From Thermoplasmata archaeon (GTDB lineage: Archaea > Thermoplasmatota > Thermoplasmata > Lutacidiplasmatales > UBA184), in assembly GCA_022750435.1 (NCBI GenBank), contig JAKIVS010000010.1, positions 3,912 to 67,911 of the forward strand: a stretch of 64,000 bases of DNA. Reading direction: 5' to 3'. A model generated the notes under the pieces. It made no database searches and was not told the DNA's origin. It saw only the letters and a list, made by a program, of their open reading frames with translations. Of this stretch, positions 45,501-54,068 are shown piece after piece. The position numbers were made by a program, and so were the translations under genes. Each line of letters begins with the position of its first letter. The first letter of the stretch is position 1.

Positions 45501-48240
45501 GCGTCGCGTTGATCCAGATCTCATAGGCGCCGTGGACGGTGCTCAGGTTGAACTCCCCCCCCGGGAGGGTGAACGACGACGTGAACGAGCAGCTCCCGGT
45601 GGCGATCACGAGACAGACGCTCAACTGGGCGTTGCCGACCCCCAGCCCGGAGAGCGCGTCGACCGTCCGGCCGACGACCCAGGAGCCGGTCGTCGGGGCG
45701 GAGGAGTTCGCTCCGCGAGGGGCGAAGGGCGACGGCGCCCCGGAGGCGACCCCGACCGGGGGCAGCCGCATCGTCGGCGCGACCGCGGGGCTACCGGGGG
45801 TCAGGTTCAGGAAGGTGCTCTCGGGGTCGAATCCCGAGGCGGTGGCGGTGATCTCGACCGCGTTCGCGGGGAATCGGGTGACCGGTGCGGTCCCTTCGTA
45901 CGTCCCGTTCGTTCCGCTCGTTTCCGTGCCCGGATAGCACGGTTGCAGCGGCGCGACGTTGCAGACCGTGACCACGGCCTGGAGGATCGGCAGGCCGGTC
46001 GTGGCGGAGACGAGGCGACCGGAGTACGAGGCGACCGGGCCGAGCTCGATCTCCCCCGTCGAGTTGTTCGCGGTGACGTCGATCCACGTGTAGTTGGTCC
46101 GGAATCCGATCTCGGAGGTCGTGACGACGTCCCACCCGAGCGGGGCCGGTGCGGAGAACGAGCCATTGGTCGAGGTGGCGGCGGTGAAACACGTCGATTG
46201 GCTCGTCACCGGGCAGACTTGAATCGAGCCGGCCCAACCGCCGGGGGGCGCGTAGGTCGAGGGCGCCCCTTCGAGTCCGATCGACCCGTAGATCGCCCCG
46301 ACGCTGAGGTCGAGCGGGAAGGTCCCGAGGTCGGTCGGGTGGTCTTCCTGCGCACAGCATCGGAACGGGACGGTCAGCCAGGTCCCGGTGTGCAGCGTCC
46401 CCCAGGTGATGTCGACCTCGTCCGGCCCGGGCGGGGCCGGGGCGCAGAAGGTGTACGGCCCGGTGGGGCACCCGGCCGGAATCGCCTGGTCCTGACCGCC
46501 CGAGCTTGTGGTTACGCCCGGGAGGCACTCCCCGGTCCGGACGCTCGAGCAGACCCCGATGGAGACCGGGACGTTCGTGTCGTTGGCGAGCGAGCCGGAG
46601 AGCACCACCGTCCCCGAGACGTAGGTTCCCGGGTCCGCGTCGAAGGCTCCCACCATCGTCACGTGGTCGGGGGTCACGTTGACCCAACTGATGTTGATGT
46701 ACTGGAACGGCCACGGCGGCCACGGCTGGCCGCCGGGGAACGACAGCTCGGCGAGGGGGAAGCCATCCGGTTCGACGTAGGCGCGGTAGAGGAACAGGAT
46801 GTTGCGCAGCGGCGCGACCGGGAACAGCTCCGTCTGTCCGAGCACCACGCCCGTACCGGTGCAGCTGGGGGGCAGGGTTTCGGCCCCGTTCGCGGGGAGA
46901 CCGGTGTTGCTCCCGGAGAGGGAGCAGGCGATCACCGCGAGGCCCCCTCCGAGGGGGGGCAGCGAGCTCGGCCAGGAACCGTTCGGCGAGCCTCCCGTAA
47001 AATTGACGGTCACCTCGACCGTTCCGAACGGGACGAGCTCGACCGTGCCGAAGTCCACGACGCCCGAGGGCCCGGACGGAACGTCGGCCGTTTGGGTCAC
47101 GTTGCTCACGTACCCGGCAGCGTCCACCCCGAGGAACCCGGGGCCGGCGATGGCGGAGAAGTTGACCACCCCGCCCGTCCCACCGCCCGAGGAGACGTTC
47201 GCAAAGAACGGTCCCAGGCACGTCAGGTCAATGCGGTCGGAACAGAACTTCAGGGTGGCGTTCACCGGCGCGCCCGTCACGCTGTCGACCACGGTCACGG
47301 TCGAGTTGATCCCTCCCTCGAGCTCCACCGTGCCGACGTTGACGACGGCCCAGGGGGCGGGGGAGGCGTAGGTGGCGTTGCCCACGAACTGGGGACCCGA
47401 CCCGGGCGGTCCGACCTGCACCTCGATCGCGATCGGGTCGACCTCGAAGGAGAAGGTGCCGTTGGACAGCGACAGCGTCTGGTCCGGCCCCCCGAGCGCC
47501 CCGTCCCGGGATTCGCTGCTGAGGTTGGCGCCCGCCACCGGAGGGAGCCCCGGCAGGTCGGCGACGACCTTCCCGACGACGGTGGCGAGGTGGACCATCC
47601 GAATGTTGCCGACGGGGGTCACCACGCCGGAGGTGACGTTCGCGAAGCTCCGGTTCCCGAGGTAGTCCAGGACGGAGAACGTCAGGACGACCGGTCCCGG
47701 ATCTCCCTCGACCCGGAAGTATCCCGTCCCGTTCGTCGGGGTCGCATTCACCGTACAGTTCCCGCACACGCCGCTCGGGGTGGAGATGGACACGAGAGCG
47801 CCGGCGATCGGCGTACCGTACACACTGTCGATGACGTTCCCCGAGACCCAGCCTCCGGCGACGCCCGGACGGCGTGTCGCCGGTGCCGGAGCCGCGGGTG
47901 GAGGATGCGCGCCCGCGGGGCTGGACGATCCGGCGAGCTGCGCGAGTACGGACGGGAGCGAGCCGCTCCACGAATGGTCCTGTCGATAGATCGACGGCCC
48001 GTTGACAAATCGCCCTCCCCCGGACGCGCCCGCCAGGCCGACGACGGGCGAGTGCGTCGCCCCGCTCCGGGGGGAGACCGCAGCATGGGGACCGAGCGCC
48101 GGTGGGAGCGTCGCCGGCGTCGCGGAGACCATCGGTACCGCCGAGAGCACCAGCAGGGCGAGGATCAGGAGAACGGGGTGGCGCGCGGCCCTCGCCCCAC
48201 GGAGCGGATGCCGGCGGACCGACCCGGACGCAGCAGCCAT
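42517..48240 (-). CDS. Giant (1907 aa) cell-surface protein with carboxypeptidase-regulatory-like beta-sandwich repeats, paralog A
   Basis: ATG at 48240 with a signal peptide, many G.V.D..TG.P...A.V...T...G.F...P.G...GY repeats with Cys pairs, and a C-terminal TM anchor. The extra ~1080 N-terminal residues in the ORF track are a shadow of paralog B. Confidence 0.88.
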   Translation of the reverse strand: MAAASGSVRRHPLRGARAARHPVLLILALLVLSAVPMVSATPATLPPALGPHAAVSPRSGATHSPVVGLAGASGGGRFVNGPSIYRQDHSWSGSLPSVLAQLAGSSSPAGAHPPPAAPAPATRRPGVAGGWVSGNVIDSVYGTPIAGALVSISTPSGVCGNCTVNATPTNGTGYFRVEGDPGPVVLTFSVLDYLGNRSFANVTSGVVTPVGNIRMVHLATVVGKVVADLPGLPPVAGANLSSESRDGALGGPDQTLSLSNGTFSFEVDPIAIEVQVGPPGSGPQFVGNATYASPAPWAVVNVGTVELEGGINSTVTVVDSVTGAPVNATLKFCSDRIDLTCLGPFFANVSSGGGTGGVVNFSAIAGPGFLGVDAAGYVSNVTQTADVPSGPSGVVDFGTVELVPFGTVEVTVNFTGGSPNGSWPSSLPPLGGGLAVIACSLSGSNTGLPANGAETLPPSCTGTGVVLGQTELFPVAPLRNILFLYRAYVEPDGFPLAELSFPGGQPWPPWPFQYINISWVNVTPDHVTMVGAFDADPGTYVSGTVVLSGSLANDTNVPVSIGVCSSVRTGECLPGVTTSSGGQDQAIPAGCPTGPYTFCAPAPPGPDEVDITWGTLHTGTWLTVPFRCCAQEDHPTDLGTFPLDLSVGAIYGSIGLEGAPSTYAPPGGWAGSIQVCPVTSQSTCFTAATSTNGSFSAPAPLGWDVVTTSEIGFRTNYTWIDVTANNSTGEIELGPVASYSGRLVSATTGLPILQAVVTVCNVAPLQPCYPGTETSGTNGTYEGTAPVTRFPANAVEITATASGFDPESTFLNLTPGSPAVAPTMRLPPVGVASGAPSPFAPRGANSSAPTTGSWVVGRTVDALSGLGVGNAQLSVCLVIATGSCSFTSSFTLPGGEFNLSTVHGAYEIWINATHYETGRVFLNASVAGTVNVGTVLLTPLVWVAGRVLIDPWDSLGAEYGEGADQLVVIACDGSGACSPPGATDSGGFFNVSAPYGAPDTLLLTGGGPSGYGNSLPGYNTSRLVFSATIPDTRYNGTEAGGAAGLEILGGEAGDLTEVVGATSPPAFFATFGVESSGPVLGLASFVTGPGGYYVGFLPNGASSIRVSAGAGGLVPARSNASVGPLHGGVVVAGPTVAMSEFGFVTATIREVGTLLPLSGIELEASGFGGPLSRPLSGSAPSNGTGFVNTSAPPGNDTLTTGSPAYANFTGTTTVVNRTTDAYGPITVAALAGDGYADVRSRQVNTVGVPVVPGVFDNTTDLPVLGLQVAENALGIHTQTIFGSDLGQYYLSALPSSAANITFTALGYSTFTLHENLTYGTDVVDPQLNMTANGVVEGTVVAEPGNVSVPYATVSLCPVGTMVCLNHVESNVSGVFWIGAAAGVDQVTVDSPLYLTNISKLVNVTPDSFVELGNVPVFTFGTVHGVVRSLPHGDLLVGANVSICSKYSGPGGCLPDETVTTDANGTFSVQSPPGTYYLYADAPGYNATRFPIAIAPGADLDVGTLFLQSYGNVWGEVVNSTGAPIGNATVLPCPTYAGPCSGAGRTLANGSYVLSASPGPNTLTASAAGYPDASETVVVISGGTVHAGLLVLTPIPPDVFENVSGVVTAAATGTGLVNALVVAEEGGGRVAQAVSGGGGDYRFEVRWGTVEVIVGEPNYRSENTTLLVHGNVTGVNFALLAMSYLVEGVTSDGDTGSILAGVTIANNGTVVARSDANGAYSLQLPNGTTTLTASDPTNGTIQYGTVRVPIQVSGASVLHNIALPRTEVPLRGVVVDAATGRPLTAASVTLWTTTGRGEGTRSTDANGEFTFGTGPGTYNVSVTAPGFEAANVTVSTGVAGNYTTVSLQPVPGGSGTRGIPLVELAVVVGGAVAVGVAAVIAVRSGRGRAPPEDPEPAEMLPVYEEEPT
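42530..43470. repeat. Near-identical 3' segment shared by the two giant surface genes (copy A)
   Basis: Exact matches: 42857-42906 = 48646-48695 (50 nt) and 43268-43324 = 49057-49113 (57 nt), both at an offset of 5789. Confidence 0.9.
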
Positions 48241-48269
48241 CGTGGGGCCGAGCCGCGCGACACCCGGCG

Positions 48270-48288
48270 GCCGTAAGGCGCCTTCGAC
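48270..48288 (-). promoter_or_regulatory. Shared upstream motif (BRE/TATA-like) of giant gene A
   Basis: GTCGAAGgCgCCTTACGGC is 17/19 identical to 54035-54053 and lies 30 nt upstream of the ATG. Confidence 0.6.
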
Positions 48289-48293
48289 CGTCG

Positions 48294-51200
48294 TCAGGGC
48301 TCTTCGGCGGGCTCCGGCGTCTCGTACACGGGCAGCAGTTGCTCCGCCTCCGGGTCCTCCGGAGGCGCTCGACCGCGACCCGACCGCACGGCGATCACGG
48401 CCGCCACTCCCACCGCGACCACGCCGCCCACGATCACGGCGAGCTCCTCGAGGGGGATCCCCCCGGCTCCTTTCCCGCTCGGTACGGGCACGAGCGACAC
48501 CGTCGTGTAATTCCCCGCCACTCCCGTCGACACTGTCACGTTCGCGGACTCGAACCCGGGCGCCGACACCGAGACGTTGTACGTTCCCGGGCCCGTCCCG
48601 AATGTGAACTCCCCGTTGGCGTCCGTCGAGCGAGTCCCTTCTCCCCGGCCCGTCGTCGTCCACAGCGTCACCGACGCCGCGGTCAGCGGGCGTCCCGTGG
48701 CGGCATCCACGACCACGCCGCGGAGCGGGACCTCGGTGCGCGGGAGGGCGATGTTGTGCTGGACGGAGGCCCCCGCGACTTGGATGGGGACTCGGAGCGT
48801 TCCGTACTGGATCGTCCCGTTGGTTGGGTAGCTCGCCGTTAGCGTCGTCGTTCCGTTGGGGAGTTGCAGGCGGAAGGCTCCGTTCGCATCGGAGCGGGCC
48901 ACCACCGTGCCGTTGTTGGCCAGCGCGACGCCGGCCAGAATGCTCCCGGAGTCTCCGTCCGACGTAACGCCCGTCACGAGGTAGGTCATCGTCGCCAAGG
49001 CGAAGTTCACCCCGGTCACGTTGGAGTGGACCATCAGCGTCGTGTTCTCGGACCGGTAGTTCGGCTCCCCGACGATCACTTCCACGGTCCCCCAGCGCAC
49101 CTCGAACCGGTAGGCACCTCCGCCGCCGCTCACCGCCTGAGCGACGCGGCCGCCGCCCTCCTCGGCGACGACGAGCGCGTTGGGGAGGCCGGTTCCCGTG
49201 GCGGCCGCCGTCACGACCCCGCTGACGTTCTCGAACACGTCGGGCGGGATCGGGGTGAGCACGATCGGGCCCACGTCGACCGTCCCTCCGGAGACGACGT
49301 CCACCACGACCGACGTGTCCAGGTAGCCCGCGGCCGACACGGTCAGGTCGCTCGGTCCCGGGGAAGTGGAAAGCGCGAACGAACCGTTCGGCGGCGTCAG
49401 GGCCGCCGCGGTGCACGGGCCCGCGTAGGTCGGGCAGGGGAGTACGGTCGCGTTGCTGAGGGGGACCGACGAGGTGTTCACGACCTCGCCGAGCAGGATG
49501 CCGAACGATTCCAGGAACAGGGTGCCCACGTACAAGTTCGCCCCCGGCCCGACGACCAGGAGGAACCGAGATGCGTTGTACCCCGGCGCCTCCGCGTAGA
49601 GGTAGTACGTCCCGGGAGGGGTTTGGATCGAGAAGGTACCGTTCGCGTCGGTGACCACCGTTTCGTCGGCGAGGCACCCCCCCGGCGCGCTGAACTTCGA
49701 GCAGAGGCTGACGTTCACCCCCACCATCAGTTGGCCGTGCGGCAGCGCCCGCACGAGCCCGTGGACCGTCCCGAAGGTGAACACCGGGACGTTCCCGAGC
49801 TCGGTGAACGAATCCGGCGTGACGTTCACCAGCTTCGAGATGTTCGAGAGGTAGAGGTCCGACTGCACCGACACCTGGTCGAGGCCCGCGGGAGCGGCGA
49901 TCCAGAACACGCCGGTGGCGTTCGTTTCCACGGCGTTCGTGCAGGAGAGGTCGGTCACGGCGCAGACCACCACGTTCGCGTACGGGACCGACACGTTCCC
50001 GGGCTCGGCCGTGACGGTGCCCGCGAGGAGTCCGTTCGCGGTGAGATTGAGCTGAGGCTCGACGACGTCGCGGCCCGCGGTAAAGTTGAAATTTTGGTTG
50101 ACCGGGGTGAACCCGAGGGCGGAGAAGGTGACCGTCGCGTCGGGCGAGGGCACCGCCTCCACGAAGTACTGCCCGAGGTCGTTGCCGAAGGCGGGGAGCG
50201 AGTTGACGCCGCCGGGGGCGTTCTCGACAACCTCCATCGCGTCGACCGGTCGTCCGGTGAGGTTGTCGAACCCGCCCGGGACCGGGGGAACTCCGTCGGT
50301 GTTCACCTCCCGACTTCGGAGCGTCGCGAAGCCGCCGTTCGGGAGCGCCGTGAGGTTGATGGTGCCGATCGCGTCGGTGACGCCGCTCACCACGTCGGTC
50401 AATCCGGTGTACGTCGCGTAGGCGACCGCGCCCGTCGAGAGGGCGTCGGCGCCGGGCGGGGCGGTGACGTTGACGAAGCCGAGACCGTTCGAGTCGGCAG
50501 AGCCGCTCAAGGTCACGTTGCCCGGCCCCCCGCCGAGGACATTCAGGGCGATCCCGAGAAGGGGGGCGTGAGTCACGGCGTCCTGCAACGTCGCCGTGAC
50601 GAAGCCGAACCGGGCGACCGTCAGGTTCGGGCCCGGCACGACGAGGCCCGGTTGGATGATTCCGGAGTAGGGGGTCGAGGTTCCCGGGACAAGTCCGGAC
50701 GCCGTGCCCGTCGCTCGGACCCCGGTCCAGCCGTCGGGGAGGAACCCGGCGTAGAACCCCGCGCCACCGATCCAGTAGCCCGTCGCGCCCCCGACGATCC
50801 CCGGAGCATTCAGGGCGTAGACGGCGAACGCCGCGGGTGGGATCGCGCTGCCGACCGACTCGTGGATGTTCCCCGTGAGGCCCCCGAGGATCTTCAACGC
50901 GACCGAGTTTCCGGGTCCCGAGCCGTTGAGGGTGGTGAGCGGCGTGGAGACGTCCACGGCGAGGGCCGTTCCGTTGTAGCCGTTCATCGTGTTCCCGTAC
51001 TGTCCGGCGGGACCGCCTCCCACGATGCGAAGGGTGTCCGGGCTCCCCGCGGGGGCGCTCAGGTTGAACGAGCCGTCGGAGGAGGTGCTGGCCAGCGGGC
51101 CGCAGAGCAGGGAGGGAGTGCAGGCCGTCAGGGCGACGCCGTTCGCCCCTTCTCCGTCCAGCCCGAACAGGGATTCCCACGGGTCGATGAGCACGCGGCC

Positions 51201-54002
51201 GGTAATGCGGTCGAGCGGAGCGATCGCAATCGCACCGAGGTCGACCGTTCCAGCGCTGGAGGCGTTCAGGTAGACGGAGTGGGCCACGTAGTGCGACCCG
51301 TTGATCCAGATCTCGTACGCCCCGTGCACGGTGGAGAGGTTGAACTCCCCCCCCGTCAGGGTCTGGAACGAGCTCAGGGCGCATCCCGCGGAGGCGACGA
51401 CCTGGCACACGGTGACCTCGGCGTTCCCGACGCCGAGCCCGGAGACCGAGTCGACCGCGCGACCGATGACCCACGAGCCCGTCGTGGGCGACGAAGAGTT
51501 CGCGGCTCTCGGCGAGAGAGGTCCGAGCTGCGCGCCGCCGACCGTGCCGACCGGCGGCATCCGGATCGTCGGGATCTGGACGAACCCGCCCGGCGTGACG
51601 TTCACGAAGGTGGCCTCGGGGTCAAAGCCCGAGGCGGTGGCCAGGAACTCGAACGTCCCGGCGGGGAAGGGGAGGGCCGGTACGGTCCCGTTGTAGGTCC
51701 CGTTGGAGCCGGAGGTAGATGGACCCTGGTAACACGGATGCGGGTACGCCACGTTGCAAAGGCTGAGCGTCGCCTCGAGGACCGGGTCGCCGGTCACCGA
51801 CGAGACCACCTGGCCGCCGAACGACGCCACCGCGGCGACTTCGATGAGGCCGGTACTGTTGTTCCCCGTCACGTCGACCCAGCTCGTGTTCGCCCGGTAT
51901 CCCTCGCCGGCCACCGTGACGACGTCCCAGCCGAGCGGCGCGACCGAGGAGAACGCATCGCTCGTGGAGTTGGTGATCGCGTAGTCGCAGGACCCCTCGT
52001 CCCCGGCCGGACAGACGCTGACTCCCAGGTCCCACCCGTACGGAGGGGCGTAGGAGGCAGGCGCCCCCTCGAGGCCGAAGGTGCCCGTCACCTCGCCGCC
52101 GCCGCTCGTGAACCGGAACACGCCGTCGAGGGGACCGAGGTTGGTCGGTCGATCCTCCTGGGAGCAACAGCCGAACGGGACGGAGATCCAGGTCGAGTTC
52201 CGGGTCCCGCCCCAGGTGACGGTCACTCGGTCCGGCCCCGGCGGGGCCGGGACGCAGAACGTCCAGGCGGCGGTCGGGCAGCCGTCGACCGGCGTGCCGC
52301 CCGGACCGTTCGCGCTCGTCGAGACGGTCGCAAGGCATTCCGAGGCCCGGACGGTGGAGCAGACCTGGACCGTGATGCTCGCCGAGGCGTCGTTGCTTGG
52401 AACCCCGACGGTCCCGTACAAGTAAGTCCCCGCGCTGACGTTCATCGTCCCGACGAACGTGGACCGATCCGGGGTCACGTTCACCCACGTGTCGTTCGTC
52501 AGATTCGCGGACGGGAAGCCCATCACTCCCCCGCTGAACAGGACGGTCGCGACGGGGAATCCGTTCGGCACGTCGTACTGACGTTGGACGACGATGAGGT
52601 CCCGGAGCGGTGGCGCGGGAACGAGTTCGGTGGTGCCGAGGGTGACGGCCGTGCCAACGCAGGAGGGAGGGACGACGCGGCCGTTGACGGACGCGCCCAC
52701 GTTCATGCCGGAGAGCGAGCAGGCCCAGACGAAGAACCCCGGCCCGTCGACGGGGAGCGCGCTCGGCCAGGTGTCGTTCGGGGTTCCCCCGGAGAAGTTG
52801 AGACTGATCTCCACCGAGCCGAGCGGCAGCAGGCGGACGAGGCCGAGGCTCGGCACGCCGGTTGGGTCCGCCGGGACGTTGGCGACCTGGGTGACGTTGG
52901 TCACGTAGCCGCCCGCCGTCACGAGCACGACGCCGGGACCCGCGACGGTCGGGATCGTGAACGTCCCGTTCCCGGCCCCCGAGGGGAGGCACCCGAGGTC
53001 GATCCGGTCCGAGCAGAAATTCGCCTCGGCGGCCACGGGGAGCCCCGTGACGGAGTCGACCACGGTGAGCGAGGCGTTCTGGCCTCCCTCGAGATAGATC
53101 GTCCCGAGATCGACGACCTGCCAGGGGGTCGGGTCGGCGTACGAGGCATTCGGGAGGAACGCCTGGGTCGTCGTGAAGTCGACCTCGATCGGGTACGGGT
53201 CGACGAGCAACGCGAACGATCCGTTCGGAAGCGTGTAGGTGAAATTCGGCCCTGCGATCTGGCCGTCGCGGGAATCGCTGCTGACGGAGACGTTCCCGAG
53301 CGGCGGGCTCCCGGCGAGGTCGGCGAGGACGCGCCCCGTCACGGTCGCCAGGTGGACGAGCAGGACGACGCCGAGGCGCGTGGTCACACCAGGGAGGATC
53401 GTCGGGAAGGTCTTGTTCACCAGGTAGTACGGGTCGTCGCGGAACGTCACCGAGGTGGAGCCGGCCGCGCCCTCGACCACGAACTGGCCCGTCGCGTTGG
53501 TGAATACCGCGGACGTACAGTTCGGACAGCTGGCCCCGCTGGTGTAGACCGACACGTTGGCGATGGGCGTGGCGTGGACGCTGTCCTCGACCGTGCCGGA
53601 CAGCCATCCGAAGCCGCTCGCGGGTCTTGCGGAGAGCGACGGGTGCGGTAGCCCCATCGGTGGCGTGAGGCGGACAGGAGGCGCCCCGGGAGGGGTCGTA
53701 TGGTTCGAGACTCCGGTGGGTGAAAGGAACGAACGGTCGGTGCGGAAGAGCGCGGGAGCGTTGACGACCCGCCCGCCGCCCGCCGACCCGGGGAGACCCT
53801 CAGGAGAATGGGCCATCGGTGCGGCCTCCGCCACCGGGGCGCCCCGGTCGTGCGGCGGAGCCACGGGGACGGGGACGGACCCGGCAAGATTTCCGGGCAG
53901 CGTGAGGACCAGAACGATGAGAACGGCGACAGCGACGAGCCCGCCGGAGGCGACCCGACGCCGCGGCGACCCGGCGCTCGGGCGACAGCAGGAGGCGTCC
54001 AT
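48294..54002 (-). CDS. Giant (~1900 aa) cell-surface protein with carboxypeptidase-regulatory-like repeats, paralog B
   Basis: Collinear with paralog A, with a signal peptide, Cys-pair repeats and a C-terminal TM helix. ATG at 54002 is preferred over GTG at 54026 because of the promoter-motif spacing. Confidence 0.9.
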   Translation of the reverse strand: MDASCCRPSAGSPRRRVASGGLVAVAVLIVLVLTLPGNLAGSVPVPVAPPHDRGAPVAEAAPMAHSPEGLPGSAGGGRVVNAPALFRTDRSFLSPTGVSNHTTPPGAPPVRLTPPMGLPHPSLSARPASGFGWLSGTVEDSVHATPIANVSVYTSGASCPNCTSAVFTNATGQFVVEGAAGSTSVTFRDDPYYLVNKTFPTILPGVTTRLGVVLLVHLATVTGRVLADLAGSPPLGNVSVSSDSRDGQIAGPNFTYTLPNGSFALLVDPYPIEVDFTTTQAFLPNASYADPTPWQVVDLGTIYLEGGQNASLTVVDSVTGLPVAAEANFCSDRIDLGCLPSGAGNGTFTIPTVAGPGVVLVTAGGYVTNVTQVANVPADPTGVPSLGLVRLLPLGSVEISLNFSGGTPNDTWPSALPVDGPGFFVWACSLSGMNVGASVNGRVVPPSCVGTAVTLGTTELVPAPPLRDLIVVQRQYDVPNGFPVATVLFSGGVMGFPSANLTNDTWVNVTPDRSTFVGTMNVSAGTYLYGTVGVPSNDASASITVQVCSTVRASECLATVSTSANGPGGTPVDGCPTAAWTFCVPAPPGPDRVTVTWGGTRNSTWISVPFGCCSQEDRPTNLGPLDGVFRFTSGGGEVTGTFGLEGAPASYAPPYGWDLGVSVCPAGDEGSCDYAITNSTSDAFSSVAPLGWDVVTVAGEGYRANTSWVDVTGNNSTGLIEVAAVASFGGQVVSSVTGDPVLEATLSLCNVAYPHPCYQGPSTSGSNGTYNGTVPALPFPAGTFEFLATASGFDPEATFVNVTPGGFVQIPTIRMPPVGTVGGAQLGPLSPRAANSSSPTTGSWVIGRAVDSVSGLGVGNAEVTVCQVVASAGCALSSFQTLTGGEFNLSTVHGAYEIWINGSHYVAHSVYLNASSAGTVDLGAIAIAPLDRITGRVLIDPWESLFGLDGEGANGVALTACTPSLLCGPLASTSSDGSFNLSAPAGSPDTLRIVGGGPAGQYGNTMNGYNGTALAVDVSTPLTTLNGSGPGNSVALKILGGLTGNIHESVGSAIPPAAFAVYALNAPGIVGGATGYWIGGAGFYAGFLPDGWTGVRATGTASGLVPGTSTPYSGIIQPGLVVPGPNLTVARFGFVTATLQDAVTHAPLLGIALNVLGGGPGNVTLSGSADSNGLGFVNVTAPPGADALSTGAVAYATYTGLTDVVSGVTDAIGTINLTALPNGGFATLRSREVNTDGVPPVPGGFDNLTGRPVDAMEVVENAPGGVNSLPAFGNDLGQYFVEAVPSPDATVTFSALGFTPVNQNFNFTAGRDVVEPQLNLTANGLLAGTVTAEPGNVSVPYANVVVCAVTDLSCTNAVETNATGVFWIAAPAGLDQVSVQSDLYLSNISKLVNVTPDSFTELGNVPVFTFGTVHGLVRALPHGQLMVGVNVSLCSKFSAPGGCLADETVVTDANGTFSIQTPPGTYYLYAEAPGYNASRFLLVVGPGANLYVGTLFLESFGILLGEVVNTSSVPLSNATVLPCPTYAGPCTAAALTPPNGSFALSTSPGPSDLTVSAAGYLDTSVVVDVVSGGTVDVGPIVLTPIPPDVFENVSGVVTAAATGTGLPNALVVAEEGGGRVAQAVSGGGGAYRFEVRWGTVEVIVGEPNYRSENTTLMVHSNVTGVNFALATMTYLVTGVTSDGDSGSILAGVALANNGTVVARSDANGAFRLQLPNGTTTLTASYPTNGTIQYGTLRVPIQVAGASVQHNIALPRTEVPLRGVVVDAATGRPLTAASVTLWTTTGRGEGTRSTDANGEFTFGTGPGTYNVSVSAPGFESANVTVSTGVAGNYTTVSLVPVPSGKGAGGIPLEELAVIVGGVVAVGVAAVIAVRSGRGRAPPEDPEAEQLLPVYETPEPAEEP
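48320..49260. repeat. Near-identical 3' segment shared by the two giant surface genes (copy B)
   Basis: Matches copy A; the last three repeats and the anchor are nearly identical at the protein level. Confidence 0.9.
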
Positions 54003-54034
54003 CGGTGCGTGGGGGCGAACCCGCACGTCACCCA

Positions 54035-54053
54035 GCCGTAAGGAGACTTCGAC
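54035..54053 (-). promoter_or_regulatory. Shared upstream motif (BRE/TATA-like) of giant gene B
   Basis: GTCGAAGtCtCCTTACGGC lies 33 nt upstream of the ATG at 54002. Confidence 0.6.
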
Positions 54054-54068
54054 AGGCGCGCGCCCCGC

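Noticed and set aside
42530-49260. Diversity-generating retroelement (TR/VR pair) behind the repeated segments
   Set aside because: There is no reverse transcriptase in the window, both copies are coding, and the differences are mostly synonymous rather than adenine-specific.
48241-51474. 2985-aa ORF (42517..51474) as one giant protein
   Set aside because: The first ~1080 aa are an Arg/Gly/Pro-rich off-frame shadow of paralog B. The real protein starts at ATG 48240 with a signal peptide and its own upstream motif.
48864-53651. Long antisense or alternate-frame ORFs (for example 48864..53651, 57564..60413, 4248..6683, 45346..48276)
   Set aside because: These are typical stop-poor shadows of real genes in high-GC DNA. 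They have biased composition and no recognisable motifs.
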